A DNA stretch of 64,000 nt from an uncultured Cyclobacteriaceae bacterium (GCA_937146645.1 CAKZRQ010000012.1:180777-244776); one strand, 5' to 3'. Counted from the first letter of the stretch, positions 1 through 10,974 are shown. Made by a program: numbers and translations. The notes: generated from the letters alone by a model not told the origin.

Positions 1-2
1 TG

Positions 3-647
3 AACACTTTAATGCTTACCGGAGCTGGTGGAGGAATTGCCAGCATGATGCCAACAGTCTTTGCATTTGGTAACCCAAAGGAGAAGCCGGAGATGTTTGC
101 TGAGTCTGAAGAATGGTTTAAAAAAATAAAAGGATCTCACCGAGTTGTTTTCGATGGTTCAACTCCCCATGATGGCTTTCCTGTGATCTGGAACTGGGCA
201 TTTTATCTATCAAACAATCAGACAGGTTCAGCAGATGATGATATCACAGCGATGTCTGTTTTGAGACATTCGGCTGTACCATTCGCGTTGAAATCGGAGC
301 TTTGGGAGAAGTATCAACTTGGAGCAATGGTCCAAGTCATGGATAATCAGACCCAAAAACCTGCTTTGAGAAACCCCTTTTACGAACCTCAATCAGGTGA
401 TATGCCCATGGATATCATCCAGGGGATTAAAGACATGCAATCCAGGGGGGCTATGTTTTGTGTCTGCGATCTTGCTCTGAATGTCTATAGCGGGGCAAAG
501 GCTCAGCAAATGGGTGTAGATCCAAACGAAGCCTATGAAGAATGGAAGGGGGGAGTATTACCTGGAATTCAAATCGTTCCATCAGGAGTCTGGGCTTTGG
601 AAAGAGCTCAATCTAATGGATGCTCGTATATCTTCGCTGGAAATTGA
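3..647 (+). CDS. DsrE/DsrF-like family protein, probably exported; 5' end likely cut by the window edge
   Basis: The frame stays open back to nt 3 (first ATG at 12). LTGAGGGIASMMPTVFA looks like the hydrophobic and cleavage part of a Tat/Sec signal whose RR motif would lie upstream. HRVVFD, MFCVCDLAL and the C-terminal VPSGVWALERAQSNGCSYIFAG resemble DsrE/DsrF-like proteins as I recall them. Not searched. Confidence 0.4.
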   Translation, partial: NTLMLTGAGGGIASMMPTVFAFGNPKEKPEMFAESEEWFKKIKGSHRVVFDGSTPHDGFPVIWNWAFYLSNNQTGSADDDITAMSVLRHSAVPFALKSELWEKYQLGAMVQVMDNQTQKPALRNPFYEPQSGDMPMDIIQGIKDMQSRGAMFCVCDLALNVYSGAKAQQMGVDPNEAYEEWKGGVLPGIQIVPSGVWALERAQSNGCSYIFAGN

Positions 648-668
648 TTAGAAGCTGCCATTCTAAGA

Positions 669-704
669 GGGAGTTCAAGGCAATTGAACTCCCTTTTATT
701 TTTT
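669..704 (+). terminator. Rho-independent terminator after the first CDS
   Basis: A 10-bp perfect stem GGGAGTTCAA (669-678) pairs with TTGAACTCCC (684-693) around a 5-nt loop, followed by TTTTATTTTTT (694-704). The T-run overlaps the stop codon of the convergent minus-strand gene. Confidence 0.75.
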
Positions 705-2231
705 CAGCTGTTTCAGCCTTTTAATGGCATTTGTGTTCTGAGGATACAATTCCAGAGATTTTTCGAAATTCTGAATGGCTTTCTCCTTCTCACCGATGAA
801 TAGATATCCTTCAGCCAGACTATCATAGAGGTTGGCAGATTCGGGATAAAGCTCAAGTGCTAGGAGGAACATATCTATTCCTTTTTGTGAAGTTTCAGGA
901 TTGAAAACCAGCTGTAATCCAACGGAATTCATTTTGCCCTCGGGCATCATTAATTCCGGGTGTTTACTTTTGGATTCCTCATACAGTGATTTCAGATTTT
1001 GGTAATTATTTGCAGAAGCATAATCATTAAAATCCTCGAAGCTGTATTCCTTTTTTGGTCCCTTCCTCATCTCAAATGAGATCAACCGATTCTCGATTCC
1101 ATTCGATTCTGGTTTTGCTTGTATAAAGGCTAAAGCATCTTTATCCTCCTTCAAATAAGCATTCAGAAAATTCAATCCATACTGACAGACCAGCTTGTAA
1201 GAATCCATGATTTCTCTGTCCGATTTATCCTGCCTGGGATCTCTTGTGCCAAATAAAATCCCCATAGTAGCAAAGTAGCTATGAGTGAGGTCATTCATTT
1301 GTAGCTTATAAGTGTCATTCGTCCCAATGCTGTCATACAGGGGGAATATATTCTCAAGACTTGGATCCAAACCATCAGCTTTCATAACAGAATCTGGAAT
1401 TTTCTTTTGGGCAAGATGGAGGTATGGGATGTCCATTTTTTCATCCGAATAAAATGGAGATTCAGCGATCCATTCGTAATGATATCGCTCTGTTCCATCC
1501 AGACTTAAATTGGCTTTGATTTGTTTGTTACGAACGCTGGCAATAACGTTTGATAGGCCACCGAAGCTAAATCCGGCTACAGCTATTTTTTCCAGATCCG
1601 CCATCGGATTACTTGAAAGCTGGGCTAGCAGAAATTCTACATCCCTTGCTTGGGTGTGCATTTCTTTTTGGGTGCTGTTCCCAAACCAGCGGGTGTCGGT
1701 GCCACGACTTGGTCCGGATATTACCAGATAGCCATGACTCGCGAGAAATTCACAAAAGGCGAAATTTTCAATTGAGGAAGCCTGAAAACTCGGAGTATAA
1801 AGAATGACAGGGAATTTACCTTCAGCCTTGGGCAAAGCTTTGAAGGCCAAGGTGCTCTCCTTCATGTGAGCTTGATTCTCTGGTGTATTAGAATAATAAA
1901 ACCAATCCAGAAGAAACTCATTTGGCAAGTGTTCCCATTCTTCCTCCTCCTTTAATACCTCCCAATAATTCAAAACTGTAAGCGGTTCTAATCCTCCTGT
2001 TTTCGCTTTGGATGGATACCAAATACTTGTAGAAATAGGTCTTGGAATTTTTGAGTTCGAATAATCTGAGACTCTACTATAGGTCCTCGAACTATCGTAT
2101 TGTGTGAAGTGCTCAAATCCAACCGAGTAAGGTCCGAATTCAAGATTAAATTCTTTCAGGGAAGTCTGAGCAGAGGTAAGCTGGGTAAGGAAAAATAGAG
2201 CAATCAACCCCACAAGTCCGATCTTCTTCAT
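696..2231 (-). CDS. Secreted alpha/beta hydrolase (PAF-acetylhydrolase/dienelactone-hydrolase-like) with C-terminal TPR repeats
   Basis: Signal peptide MKKIGLVGLIALFFLTQLTSAQ. Nucleophile elbow GFSFGG (GxSxG). C-terminal TPR-like helices LYDSLAEGYLFIGEKEKAIQNFEKSLELYPQN. Confidence 0.6.
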   Translation of the reverse strand: MKKIGLVGLIALFFLTQLTSAQTSLKEFNLEFGPYSVGFEHFTQYDSSRTYSRVSDYSNSKIPRPISTSIWYPSKAKTGGLEPLTVLNYWEVLKEEEEWEHLPNEFLLDWFYYSNTPENQAHMKESTLAFKALPKAEGKFPVILYTPSFQASSIENFAFCEFLASHGYLVISGPSRGTDTRWFGNSTQKEMHTQARDVEFLLAQLSSNPMADLEKIAVAGFSFGGLSNVIASVRNKQIKANLSLDGTERYHYEWIAESPFYSDEKMDIPYLHLAQKKIPDSVMKADGLDPSLENIFPLYDSIGTNDTYKLQMNDLTHSYFATMGILFGTRDPRQDKSDREIMDSYKLVCQYGLNFLNAYLKEDKDALAFIQAKPESNGIENRLISFEMRKGPKKEYSFEDFNDYASANNYQNLKSLYEESKSKHPELMMPEGKMNSVGLQLVFNPETSQKGIDMFLLALELYPESANLYDSLAEGYLFIGEKEKAIQNFEKSLELYPQNTNAIKRLKQLKK

Positions 2232-2297
2232 AGCAATAAAAGTAATGGCTGGATACCTCGGAAGATAAGAAGAATCATGAAAAGTAAATCAAAGCTT

Positions 2298-2789
2298 TCA
2301 AGGCTTTTCGAGGGTAGTTTTAAGCACTACCATATCTTTCAATTGTACTCCGTTTTCATAGATAGGCTCTGGATAATTATCTAGAAAGAATGACTTTCTA
2401 GTTTCAAATTTTTCAAAACCGCATTTTTCATAGAATTGAATTTGTCTCAAGGATGCATCTCCAGTACCAGCCAGAAGATTTTTGAAACGCATGGCTTGAA
2501 AGTGATCCTTGATCCAATCTATCACCAGTTTTCCATATCCTTTGCCCTGTAGTGCTTCCATGATAGCGATATTCTTTAATTCCAGAGTATCGGAATTAAT
2601 CATTTGGATGGCAAAAACTCCAACGGTTTGCCCATCCTTTTTAATCAGAAAAACTCGACAATTAGGCAAATACTTGTCTATGGCTTCTTTGCTTTCATCA
2701 GCAAACAATAATAACTCGTAGGGGAAATCCGAGTGGATTTCTTCCATTTCGATGGACTGCATTTTTCTGATGTTCGGATTATCGTTCAT
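2298..2789 (-). CDS. GNAT family N-acetyltransferase
   Basis: 163 aa. Acetyl-CoA binding motif QGKGYGKLVIDW (Q/RxxGxG/A) within a typical GNAT beta4-alpha3 context. Confidence 0.7.
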   Translation of the reverse strand: MNDNPNIRKMQSIEMEEIHSDFPYELLLFADESKEAIDKYLPNCRVFLIKKDGQTVGVFAIQMINSDTLELKNIAIMEALQGKGYGKLVIDWIKDHFQAMRFKNLLAGTGDASLRQIQFYEKCGFEKFETRKSFFLDNYPEPIYENGVQLKDMVVLKTTLEKP

Positions 2790-4164
2790 TTTTCAAGTCT
2801 TGAATGATATCTGTACTTATCCAATAGATGTCTTGATTGCTTGTGTAGAATAGGTATTTCCCATCTTCAGTTACAAATGGGCAATACTCATATTTCGAGG
2901 AGTTAATTTTTTCACCCATGTTCTTAGCTTGGGACCAATTCCCTTGAGAATCTTTGAAACTGATATAAAGATCTCCTACTCCAAGGCCACCATCTCGTTC
3001 TGAGCAAAATATGACGTATTCCTCTTTTGGGTCTACGAAAACATCGGCTTCGTATGCATCAGAGTTAATAGCACTGCCAAGTTGAATAGCAGGCTGGAAC
3101 TCTCCATTCTTGAATTCTGAAGTATAAATATCCAGGTTCCAACCTTTTTCATCTTCAGATGCATGCCGGCTTGAAGAAAAGTACATCTTGCCTTCTTCCG
3201 TGAATGAGATGTAGTACTCCTGGCTTTCGGTATTGATATTCCAACCGGCATGGATGGGTTTGGACCAAGCCGAACCTTGCCTCTCAACAAACCAGATATC
3301 GATATCCTCTTTCGGCTCTCCTTTCCCTGAAATGGGATGATTAGAAATGAAGTAGAGTCGGTTTTCATCTTGTGATAAAAAAGGGTCATTATAACCGTAT
3401 TCCGGATGGATTAAAATGGCTTTGGGCTCTGTCCACCTTCCATTTTTTAATTCAGAAAAGCGTATTTCACTCTTACCTCTTTTGTGAACCCCAAAATAGA
3501 ATTCATCACCGGCCTTATTGAATACAGAACCAAACTCCTCTTCTTCTGTCGAGATAAACCCAGGGGCAAAAAGCTTGGCTACTTTTCCAGGAGGTTCTTC
3601 GCCCATATATTTCCCTTCGGGCAAAGCTTTATTTAATACGGATGAGTCCGCGCCTTTTGAAATTAAAAAATCTACCATCTCATCGTATCCAAAGCGATCC
3701 GCGATTTCAAGGGCTGTGCTTCCTCTTCTATTTGGACTATTTATTTCAACTCCTTCTGCGAGGAGAATATCAATTTTTTCCTGATCCTCTCTTTGGGTCG
3801 CTAATCCTAGAAGCTGACCTCCATCACTTTTTGTCCATTCATCATCGGCCTCAAGAGCAATCATTTGAGTAAGTGTCTCCGCATTCCCGAAGTCTGCGGC
3901 ATAGTGCAGGGGAGTGTTGCTTTCATCGTCCTTTAAGTCAAAATCGATTTCTTTCTCAACCAGATAATCTACTATCTCAGGCTTTTTACATCCAGCAGCC
4001 CAATGTAGTAGGTTACGTCCTTGATCATCCAGGACATTAATCTCTTGGCTTTGCAAGGCGCTATCAAGCTTTTCTAAATCTCCATTACAGGCTATTCTAA
4101 ATATATTTTGGGCACCGACCTCGAGGGGTACAAGGCATAGAAAAAAAATATAAACCAGCTTCAT
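2779..4164 (-). CDS. Secreted ankyrin-repeat protein fused to a TolB/PD40-like beta-propeller
   Basis: Signal peptide MKLVYIFFLCLVPLEVGAQ. ANK repeats include GRNLLHWAAGCKKPEIVDYLVEKEIDFDLKDDESNTPLHYAADFGN and RRGSTALEIADRFGYDEMVDFLISKGAD. The C-terminal half has repeated PD40-like blades (NDPFLSQDENRLYFISN, YISFTEEGKMYFSSSR, YCPFVTEDGKYLFYTSN). Its 3' end overlaps the GNAT gene start by 11 nt. Confidence 0.6.
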   Translation of the reverse strand: MKLVYIFFLCLVPLEVGAQNIFRIACNGDLEKLDSALQSQEINVLDDQGRNLLHWAAGCKKPEIVDYLVEKEIDFDLKDDESNTPLHYAADFGNAETLTQMIALEADDEWTKSDGGQLLGLATQREDQEKIDILLAEGVEINSPNRRGSTALEIADRFGYDEMVDFLISKGADSSVLNKALPEGKYMGEEPPGKVAKLFAPGFISTEEEEFGSVFNKAGDEFYFGVHKRGKSEIRFSELKNGRWTEPKAILIHPEYGYNDPFLSQDENRLYFISNHPISGKGEPKEDIDIWFVERQGSAWSKPIHAGWNINTESQEYYISFTEEGKMYFSSSRHASEDEKGWNLDIYTSEFKNGEFQPAIQLGSAINSDAYEADVFVDPKEEYVIFCSERDGGLGVGDLYISFKDSQGNWSQAKNMGEKINSSKYEYCPFVTEDGKYLFYTSNQDIYWISTDIIQDLKNER

Positions 4165-4204
4165 ATGTAAATCAACGTCGTTTTAGTAAATAACTTATCC
4201 TTGT

Positions 4205-4543
4205 TCACATTTTCTCCGTTTCAATTTGCCTTTGTCTTCGATAAAGAAAAAAGGGCAACCCTCCGGCAAAGCCCAAAAGCATGGTTAATACCCAGAAGAT
4301 CCAAATATTCTTAATTCCGTATCGCTTCGACTCGTAATAGCTCCAAATAAAAAAGACAAGTACGGCGAATAATAAATCAATGAGGAAAATACTGGAAATT
4401 CTATTCGCGAACATTCCATCGATTGTTTCCATAGGGTTGGAATACAAGAGAATATTGCCTGATTCTACGGACTCTTGGAAGACTAATATTGAGGGAAGGA
4501 TAAAGCCTATAATTGCGAGGATTAAATAGCCAGTACTTTTCAT
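4205..4543 (-). CDS. Small integral membrane protein (DUF2834-like)
   Basis: 112 aa with 3-4 hydrophobic helices (YLILAIIGFILPSILVF, IFLIDLLFAVLVFFIW, IWIFWVLTMLLGFAGGLPFFLY). The family assignment is from memory only. Confidence 0.4.
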   Translation of the reverse strand: MKSTGYLILAIIGFILPSILVFQESVESGNILLYSNPMETIDGMFANRISSIFLIDLLFAVLVFFIWSYYESKRYGIKNIWIFWVLTMLLGFAGGLPFFLYRRQRQIETEKM

Positions 4544-4747
4544 ACAGAGGGGATTAAATTATGGTTTATGGCTTGAGAAGTTACCAAAAGCTCAATTCAA
4601 ACCATTAAAAATAGTGGCACATTCGACTCGCATTATTAGTCCCATGATTTGCCATGAAATCTAGGAAGTATAGAATTTAGATTATCAGGTCACAATTTTG
4701 GTTCTTAGATAAGAAATTATGGATATTCGACCTCTCAAATAGAATGT

Positions 4748-5758
4748 ATGAAAAAGTTATTTGCCCTCGTTGTTTGCTTGTTTTTAGGTCTTTCTCTTAA
4801 AGCTCAGGATTTGAGCAAGCTTTATGAAGAGGTTGTCAATGGTGTGGTTGTGATTGAAACTCGTGAGAGTACCCTTGTTGGTCAGGGTGGACAAAAAGTA
4901 GAAGTTGCGGTGAGTGGTCTCGGTACCGGTTTTTTAGTCGGCGAAGATCAAGTGATGACGGCAGCTCATGTGGCCCAAACTGCAGAGAGTATTACGGTGA
5001 AGTTCAAGGATGGAGAGGAAATTCCTGCGAAAGTAGTAAGTAGCTATAAATACGCTGATGTCGCACTTCTCAAACTGACATGGCCTAAGAAGGATGGGAA
5101 AATCTTAAAACTTGGAGATTCAGATTTAATGAAAATAGGCGAGCAAGTTTTTGTAGTCGGCTCACCTTTGGGGCTTACCTATTCTTTTTCTTCAGGCTAT
5201 TTGAGTGGCAGACAAAAGAGTAATAAAATGTCGAATGCGCTAGTGAGCGTTGAATACCTTCAAACTGATGCCGCAATAAATAAGGGAAATTCTGGAGGAC
5301 CAATGTTTAACCTTAAAGGTGAGGTTGTTGGTATTGTGAGTCATATTTTATCTCAAAGCGGTGGATTTGAAGGAATAGGTTTTGCCACATCATCAAATAT
5401 TGCTGGAGAGTTACTGTATGAGCAAAGTGTAATCTGGACTGGGATAGATGGTATGATTCTTTCAGGTGACTTGGCAGACATATTTAATCTTCCCCAACCG
5501 GTTGGAATTTTGGTTCAAAAGGTCGTCTTTCTTTCGCCTCTGGGAATGCTTGGGGTAAAAGGCGGAAAATATGAAGGGACCATAGAGGGAGAAAAAGTGC
5601 TTCTCGGAGGCGATGTTATTCTCTCGGTCAATGGAGTAAAGCTTGGTCTGGATGAAGCTTCATTAGATGCCCTTGCAAATGTCTTGAAGTCTCAAGGTGA
5701 TAAAACTCCATTGGAGGTTGAAGTATACCGAGCTGGGAAGGTCATTACCCTAAAATAA
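4748..5758 (+). CDS. S1C (DegP/HtrA-like) trypsin-type serine protease with C-terminal PDZ-like domain
   Basis: Signal peptide MKKLFALVVCLFLGLSLKAQ. Catalytic triad contexts TAAHV (His), DVALLKL (Asp) and GNSGGP (Ser). The C-terminal segment GGDVILSVNGVKL is PDZ-like. Confidence 0.75.
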   Translation: MKKLFALVVCLFLGLSLKAQDLSKLYEEVVNGVVVIETRESTLVGQGGQKVEVAVSGLGTGFLVGEDQVMTAAHVAQTAESITVKFKDGEEIPAKVVSSYKYADVALLKLTWPKKDGKILKLGDSDLMKIGEQVFVVGSPLGLTYSFSSGYLSGRQKSNKMSNALVSVEYLQTDAAINKGNSGGPMFNLKGEVVGIVSHILSQSGGFEGIGFATSSNIAGELLYEQSVIWTGIDGMILSGDLADIFNLPQPVGILVQKVVFLSPLGMLGVKGGKYEGTIEGEKVLLGGDVILSVNGVKLGLDEASLDALANVLKSQGDKTPLEVEVYRAGKVITLK

Positions 5759-5806
5759 CTCACCTTTTGCATTAGAATAGGTCTCGCTTTGTACCCCAAA
5801 AAGTAC

Positions 5807-6364
5807 TTACAAAAGACTTTCAATAACACCTGGGAAATATTGATGTTCTAAGGCATGCACTTTTTGAGCAATAGATTCTGGGTCATCATCAGGATCAACT
5901 TCTGTTGCAGCTTGAAAAATGATTTTGCCCTCATCAAAATTCTCATTTACCAGGTGAATGGTGATTCCAGTATGTCTATCTCCAGCTTCTTTTACAGCTT
6001 TATGCACATTCATTCCATACATTCCTTTACCACCGAACTTGGGTAAAAGAGCCGGATGAATATTCACCATTTTCTCTGGGAATGCTTGGATCAAGGATTC
6101 AGGGATTTTTAATAAGAAACCGGCAAGAATAACCCAATCAATATCTGCATCCTCTAGACTCCTTAGAACAGAACCATCTTCTAGTTCTTTTTTCGTGAAA
6201 GTAAATGAGGGGATATCAAATTTTCTGGCCCGCTCAAGAACAAAGGCATCCTTTTTATTTGAACCTAAAAGTGTAACCTCACCTTTATCCGAATTCTTAA
6301 AGAATTCCATAATTTTTTCGGCATTCGTTCCGCTTCCGGAAGCGAGGATAGCAAGTTTTTTCAC
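5807..6364 (-). CDS. purN: Phosphoribosylglycinamide formyltransferase
   Basis: 185 aa. N-terminal KKLAILASGSGTNAE, WVILAGFLLKIP and NIHPALLPKFGGKGMYGMNVH are the classic PurN formyltransferase motifs. Confidence 0.85.
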   Translation of the reverse strand: MKKLAILASGSGTNAEKIMEFFKNSDKGEVTLLGSNKKDAFVLERARKFDIPSFTFTKKELEDGSVLRSLEDADIDWVILAGFLLKIPESLIQAFPEKMVNIHPALLPKFGGKGMYGMNVHKAVKEAGDRHTGITIHLVNENFDEGKIIFQAATEVDPDDDPESIAQKVHALEHQYFPGVIESLL

Positions 6365-6441
6365 GTTGGATTAATTTTCAATGAAAAGTTCAAAGGTACA
6401 TTCAAAAGGCTTTTCGAGGAATGTCTTTTATATAAAAATCA

Positions 6442-7689
6442 TCAAGGCCTAACATGCCCATCTCCCACTACTCTCCATTTGTAGCTTGTCAATTCCTTCA
6501 AGGCCATAGGACCCCTTGCATGTAGTTTTTGGGTACTAATTCCAATTTCTGCACCTAATCCAAATTGAGCTCCATCGGTGAAAGCCGTAGAAGCATTAGC
6601 ATAAACTGCGGCAGCATCTACTTCATTTAGGAATCGATCGATGGACTCTTGATTATTAGAGATAATCGCCTCTGAATGCTTAGATGAAAAGTTATGAATA
6701 TGATTCAACGCTTCCTCCAAATCATTCACAGTTTTTATGGACATCTTCAGGCTTAGAAACTCGGTTCCAAAGTGCTCGGGTTTAGCTTGATGTACAGACG
6801 GATGAGAATCGAGAACTCCAAAGGACTTTTCATCCGCGAATATTTGTACTCCACTGTGAATTAGAGGTTCTATGATTTCTGATAATCTGTCCAGATGTGA
6901 TTCATGCAGAATTAAGCAGTCCAAAGAATTACAGACACTTGGCCTTCTGGTTTTCGCATTATGGAGTATGTCTTTAGCACTATCGATATCAGCTTCATGG
7001 TCCAGATATGTATGCACAATACCCGCTCCTGTTTCTATTACTGGAACTTTAGCATTATCTCGGACAAAGCTGATTAGATTTTGAGAGCCTCTTGGGATAA
7101 TTACGTCAACGTAATTAACAGCTTCCAATAGTTCTTTTGTTGCTTCTCTAACTGCTGGGAGCAATTGGAATGCTTCCTTAGGAATACCATTTCTGTCAAG
7201 GACCCTATGGATGAGGATCATGATAGCGAGGTTCGAAAACTCGGCATCCGAACCTCCTTTGAGTACTAGACCATTACCAGATTTGAGGGCTAAAGCAAAC
7301 ACATCGAAGGTCACATTTGGACGGGATTCGTAAATAATTCCAAGGACCCCTAAAGGAACAGTGTGCTTTGAAAGCCTCAATCCATTTTCAAGGGTTTTTT
7401 CTTCTAACGGTAAGTTCAGCGGAGATGGGAGAGAAGCCACATTTTGCAGCTCTTCACAGATACCCTCTATTCTTGTTGATGTAAGCTCAAGTCTATCATA
7501 CATAGGGTTCTCTGGACTCATCCTTTCCAGATCCCTTCTGTTTTCCGCCATCAAGAATTCACTTTGCTGAATGGTGATCTCAGCGAGTTCAGTGAGTACT
7601 TTTTTGACTAAAATATCATCTACCTGGAATAGTTTTCTAGCAGAATTTTTCGTCTCCTCAAAAATGAATTGGAATTTACTCATCCTCAA
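6442..7689 (-). CDS. proA: Glutamate-5-semialdehyde dehydrogenase
   Basis: 415 aa aldehyde-dehydrogenase fold. IYESRPNVT, catalytic Cys context [14 protein letters not shown] and [21 protein letters not shown] are typical ProA. It overlaps the proB stop by 14 nt. Confidence 0.9.
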   Translation of the reverse strand: MRMSKFQFIFEETKNSARKLFQVDDILVKKVLTELAEITIQQSEFLMAENRRDLERMSPENPMYDRLELTSTRIEGICEELQNVASLPSPLNLPLEEKTLENGLRLSKHTVPLGVLGIIYESRPNVTFDVFALALKSGNGLVLKGGSDAEFSNLAIMILIHRVLDRNGIPKEAFQLLPAVREATKELLEAVNYVDVIIPRGSQNLISFVRDNAKVPVIETGAGIVHTYLDHEADIDSAKDILHNAKTRRPSVCNSLDCLILHESHLDRLSEIIEPLIHSGVQIFADEKSFGVLDSHPSVHQAKPEHFGTEFLSLKMSIKTVNDLEEALNHIHNFSSKHSEAIISNNQESIDRFLNEVDAAAVYANASTAFTDGAQFGLGAEIGISTQKLHARGPMALKELTSYKWRVVGDGHVRP

Positions 7690-8761
7690 ACAGGTATAAA
7701 TAATTGTAATGTATTAGTGCCTTTTGCCTTTGAAGGCCTATTCTTTCTCTTGCAAGATTAGAGCCATATTCTGCCCTTCCCAAACCGATGCCTTTTCCTT
7801 CTTCATTACAAATCTGGAGGATATCTCCTCTTGCAAAATCTCCATCTATTTTTACCACTCCTACAGGTAGAAGGCTTCTAATGACTTCAGAATTCAAGGA
7901 TTTTTCGGCACCGTGATTTATTATAATCTGAGCCTTAAAGTGAGATTCACCATGAGCTAACCATTTCTTTGTTCCTTGTTTGGTCGCCTTTGGCTCAAAC
8001 CAGGTAGATGGGGCGTTTCCATCCAGAATATCTGGTAAAATATTATCCCTTTTGCCATTTGCGATCAATACTTGAGTACCCAGATTTGCTGATTTTTTTG
8101 CCATGCTGTATTTGCTCATCATTCCTCCTCGTCCAAAAGATGATTTGGTAGGGGAAATTAAATCTTTCGTAATCCTTGATTCAGCTTTAATAACAGAGAT
8201 CAATTTCGAATCACTGAGCGAAGGATCTCCATCATAAATTCCATCAACGTTGCTCAGTAGAATTAAAGTGTCTGCATTGATCATGCCTGAAACCAAACTC
8301 GCTAGCTCGTCATTATCAGTAAACATGAGTTCTGTAATAGCAATGGTATCATTTTCATTTATAATCGGAATGACTCCTTCCTCCAAAAGACCTTCTAAAC
8401 AATTCTTCATATTTAGATAGTGCTTCCGATCTCTGAAGTCCTCTTTGGTCACCAAGATTTGAGCGCAATTCAGGTCCTGCTTTCCAAATAATCGTTGATA
8501 CTCATTGATTAATGAAATTTGGCCTATGGATGCCCAAAGCTGCTTTTTCAGAACCGCATTGAGTTTTTTTCTTGGAGTGACCCTCTGCCTCCCAAATGCC
8601 ACGGCCCCTGAACTAATCAGAACAATTTTTTTTCCCTGATCTTGGAGGACTTTCACCTGGGAAACCAGTTTTTTCATTCTGGGTAAATCAGGATTTCCAT
8701 CAGATTTGGTCAAAACATTTGATCCAATTTTAATCACTATGGTATTGCTCTCTTTCACCAA
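7676..8761 (-). CDS. proB: Glutamate 5-kinase with C-terminal PUA domain
   Basis: [20 protein letters not shown] and NENDTIA are amino-acid-kinase motifs. The C-terminal PUA-like part includes [23 protein letters not shown]. The start is non-ATG (TTG at 8761 or GTG at 8758). Confidence 0.9.
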   Translation of the reverse strand: MVKESNTIVIKIGSNVLTKSDGNPDLPRMKKLVSQVKVLQDQGKKIVLISSGAVAFGRQRVTPRKKLNAVLKKQLWASIGQISLINEYQRLFGKQDLNCAQILVTKEDFRDRKHYLNMKNCLEGLLEEGVIPIINENDTIAITELMFTDNDELASLVSGMINADTLILLSNVDGIYDGDPSLSDSKLISVIKAESRITKDLISPTKSSFGRGGMMSKYSMAKKSANLGTQVLIANGKRDNILPDILDGNAPSTWFEPKATKQGTKKWLAHGESHFKAQIIINHGAEKSLNSEVIRSLLPVGVVKIDGDFARGDILQICNEEGKGIGLGRAEYGSNLARERIGLQRQKALIHYNYLYLFEDE

Positions 8762-8841
8762 ATATACTTTTGTATGAAAGTAGATAAAACGTCAAGAATT
8801 AGGAATGCTTATAAGCTTAAAGCTTAAAAAATTAATAGAAT

Positions 8842-10974
8842 TTATAGCTGGAAAGATTGGCTCAAGCTTGACCCTGCCAAGTCTCCCTCCGGTAAGTCAA
8901 ATTTTAAGGTTTTTGAGCTGCCTCCCATGTTGATGGTTACTGTCAATTCTCCTTTTATAGTTTGGGTCGGTTCGGAGACATGGATTTCCCATTGATCATT
9001 TGATTTTTTCTGGAGCTGAATAATGGATGGATGACTTACACTTACTGAATTCTCATCCCATTTGAAGCTTGCCTGCTCGTAAAATACCATTCCATATAGT
9101 TCACTTCTTTCGTCCTTCACTACCTGCGCGAAGGTTTTATTACCTAAAACCTTTATTTGATCTACAGGCTTATTAGCGGCGGCATTCTGGTCTGCTACTC
9201 CGGGAACAATAATGTATTCGTAAGAATTGAATTCTGGTTTTACTCCATGATCGATATACAAATTGAAAACTTCTAGATCGATAGGGTCTTTAGATCCGTT
9301 TTGAGTGATTTCGGACCAGGATCCATCTTGCTTTTGAGCAGACAATACCACATTCTGTGGTCTTGGGAAATAATAGCCCACTCCATCATGATATATCCAT
9401 CTGACTCCGTCTGAATATTGGGTAATGCCTTTATCCACTTTGCTGAAGCTACTTTCTCTTGCCGCTAAAACATCTCCTCTTAATTTGACTTGATTAATGT
9501 TGGTAGCGATTTTTTCACTACGGCTTGATCCAATACCGGTTCCTAAACAAATGATAAGGTCATCAAAAAAGAACCAGGATTTTCGTGCCTGTGTGCTGTA
9601 ATCATTCATTAAAAAAGCAGAGAGACCATTGATCCCGTCACTTACTCCTCCCACAAATGAGGCTGTACCGGGTACGGCGACCCAGTTGGTTCGTTTTTTA
9701 AGCTTTTTATTCTCTGGGGTAGTGGTACCAGGAATCCGGTACCATTGCCAATTGGGGAAGATATTATAGTATTCATCTCCTTTGACAGCTACTGTCATCC
9801 CGCCCTCAGTCATCCATTGAGGAGTAAGGTTTATACCATTGCCAGATTCCGTTCTGATGGTTCTTTTTGAAGCAACATTCACACTAGCCATGAATTCAGG
9901 ACGGTGATGGATGATGTAGTCCGAGCGCCAATAGTAAGTGTTCGATGGTTTGATACCTTCACCTGGCTCGGCTTTACCCTCAATTCGTGCGATGGCTTGA
10001 TTATACTCGTCTCGATGTTCTGGGATATCTATATCGCGAATTTGCTTGACAAGGCTGGAACTAGTTCTAACATTGTTCTTCACGGCTACGCCTCTTCCGA
10101 GCACGGCATAATCCACATATCTTCCCCGAATGACATTTAAATATCCCTTTCGCATGAAATCAGAAATCAAAGCAATCTGCTGTGGAGCTATGGCAAAATC
10201 TGTCCCAGTAGTATATACCGCCACGTTTCTTATTCCCAGTAAAAATTCTCGTCCATATCCATGCATATAGAGCTCAGGTCCATGTGCATGAAAAGACATG
10301 TCGCGTTGAATTCCGTCTTCGGTGGTAATCTTTATGGATTTTGATACTTCACCGATAGCTTCATTCATCATATCAGGATTATCAGTGAGAACTGCCTGCA
10401 TGATCATATGCTGGGCAATATCAGTAAGGTTTGATCCCTCAGAGCCTGGGCTTTTGTAGATTGAAACGGTTTTGTTCATCCATTCAATCATTCCTTTTTC
10501 CTGCTCATCCGAGATTCCATTTTCCGCCTTTCGAAGGGTTATGAGCATTTGTCCTATTTCTTTCGGAACACTGATGCTTGTCCACCACCAGTTATCAGAG
10601 GTAGGCTCAGGTGAGAGATTATTCCAATAGTCTATGCCACTAAGTATTTTGGAATGAATGTCTTGGCTTTTGTGAAACTTGCTTCCAGATCTTGTATACG
10701 CCTTGGTTAATGCTCCAAGCCTCTTTATATGTTTGTCTGGATCCCAACCTGTCATGGATTTGGATCCATATTCCAGGTCTGACCATGAACCGTCTTCTTG
10801 AAAATCTTCTAGATACCCATCAACCCTTTCGTCCAGAGTCTCGGTTCCAATGGACTTGTGATATTCGTCAAAAACCCTGTCAGCAATGATTTCATAGTCA
10901 GAATTTTGGGCAAACGATCCTTGATAATAAAATAGAAGTAGGCAAACTGATACCAATGAAAAAGAGAACCTCAT
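8842..10974 (-). CDS. Secreted polysaccharide lyase family 8 protein (chondroitin AC / hyaluronate / xanthan lyase-like)
   Basis: 710 aa with signal peptide MRFSFSLVSVCLLLFYYQGSFAQ. An N-terminal alpha/alpha toroid is followed by a beta-sandwich. SFHAHGPELYMHGYGREF and WYRIPGTT resemble PL8 catalytic-region motifs as I recall them. Substrate cannot be assigned by eye. Confidence 0.65.
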   Translation of the reverse strand: MRFSFSLVSVCLLLFYYQGSFAQNSDYEIIADRVFDEYHKSIGTETLDERVDGYLEDFQEDGSWSDLEYGSKSMTGWDPDKHIKRLGALTKAYTRSGSKFHKSQDIHSKILSGIDYWNNLSPEPTSDNWWWTSISVPKEIGQMLITLRKAENGISDEQEKGMIEWMNKTVSIYKSPGSEGSNLTDIAQHMIMQAVLTDNPDMMNEAIGEVSKSIKITTEDGIQRDMSFHAHGPELYMHGYGREFLLGIRNVAVYTTGTDFAIAPQQIALISDFMRKGYLNVIRGRYVDYAVLGRGVAVKNNVRTSSSLVKQIRDIDIPEHRDEYNQAIARIEGKAEPGEGIKPSNTYYWRSDYIIHHRPEFMASVNVASKRTIRTESGNGINLTPQWMTEGGMTVAVKGDEYYNIFPNWQWYRIPGTTTPENKKLKKRTNWVAVPGTASFVGGVSDGINGLSAFLMNDYSTQARKSWFFFDDLIICLGTGIGSSRSEKIATNINQVKLRGDVLAARESSFSKVDKGITQYSDGVRWIYHDGVGYYFPRPQNVVLSAQKQDGSWSEITQNGSKDPIDLEVFNLYIDHGVKPEFNSYEYIIVPGVADQNAAANKPVDQIKVLGNKTFAQVVKDERSELYGMVFYEQASFKWDENSVSVSHPSIIQLQKKSNDQWEIHVSEPTQTIKGELTVTINMGGSSKTLKFDLPEGDLAGSSLSQSFQL

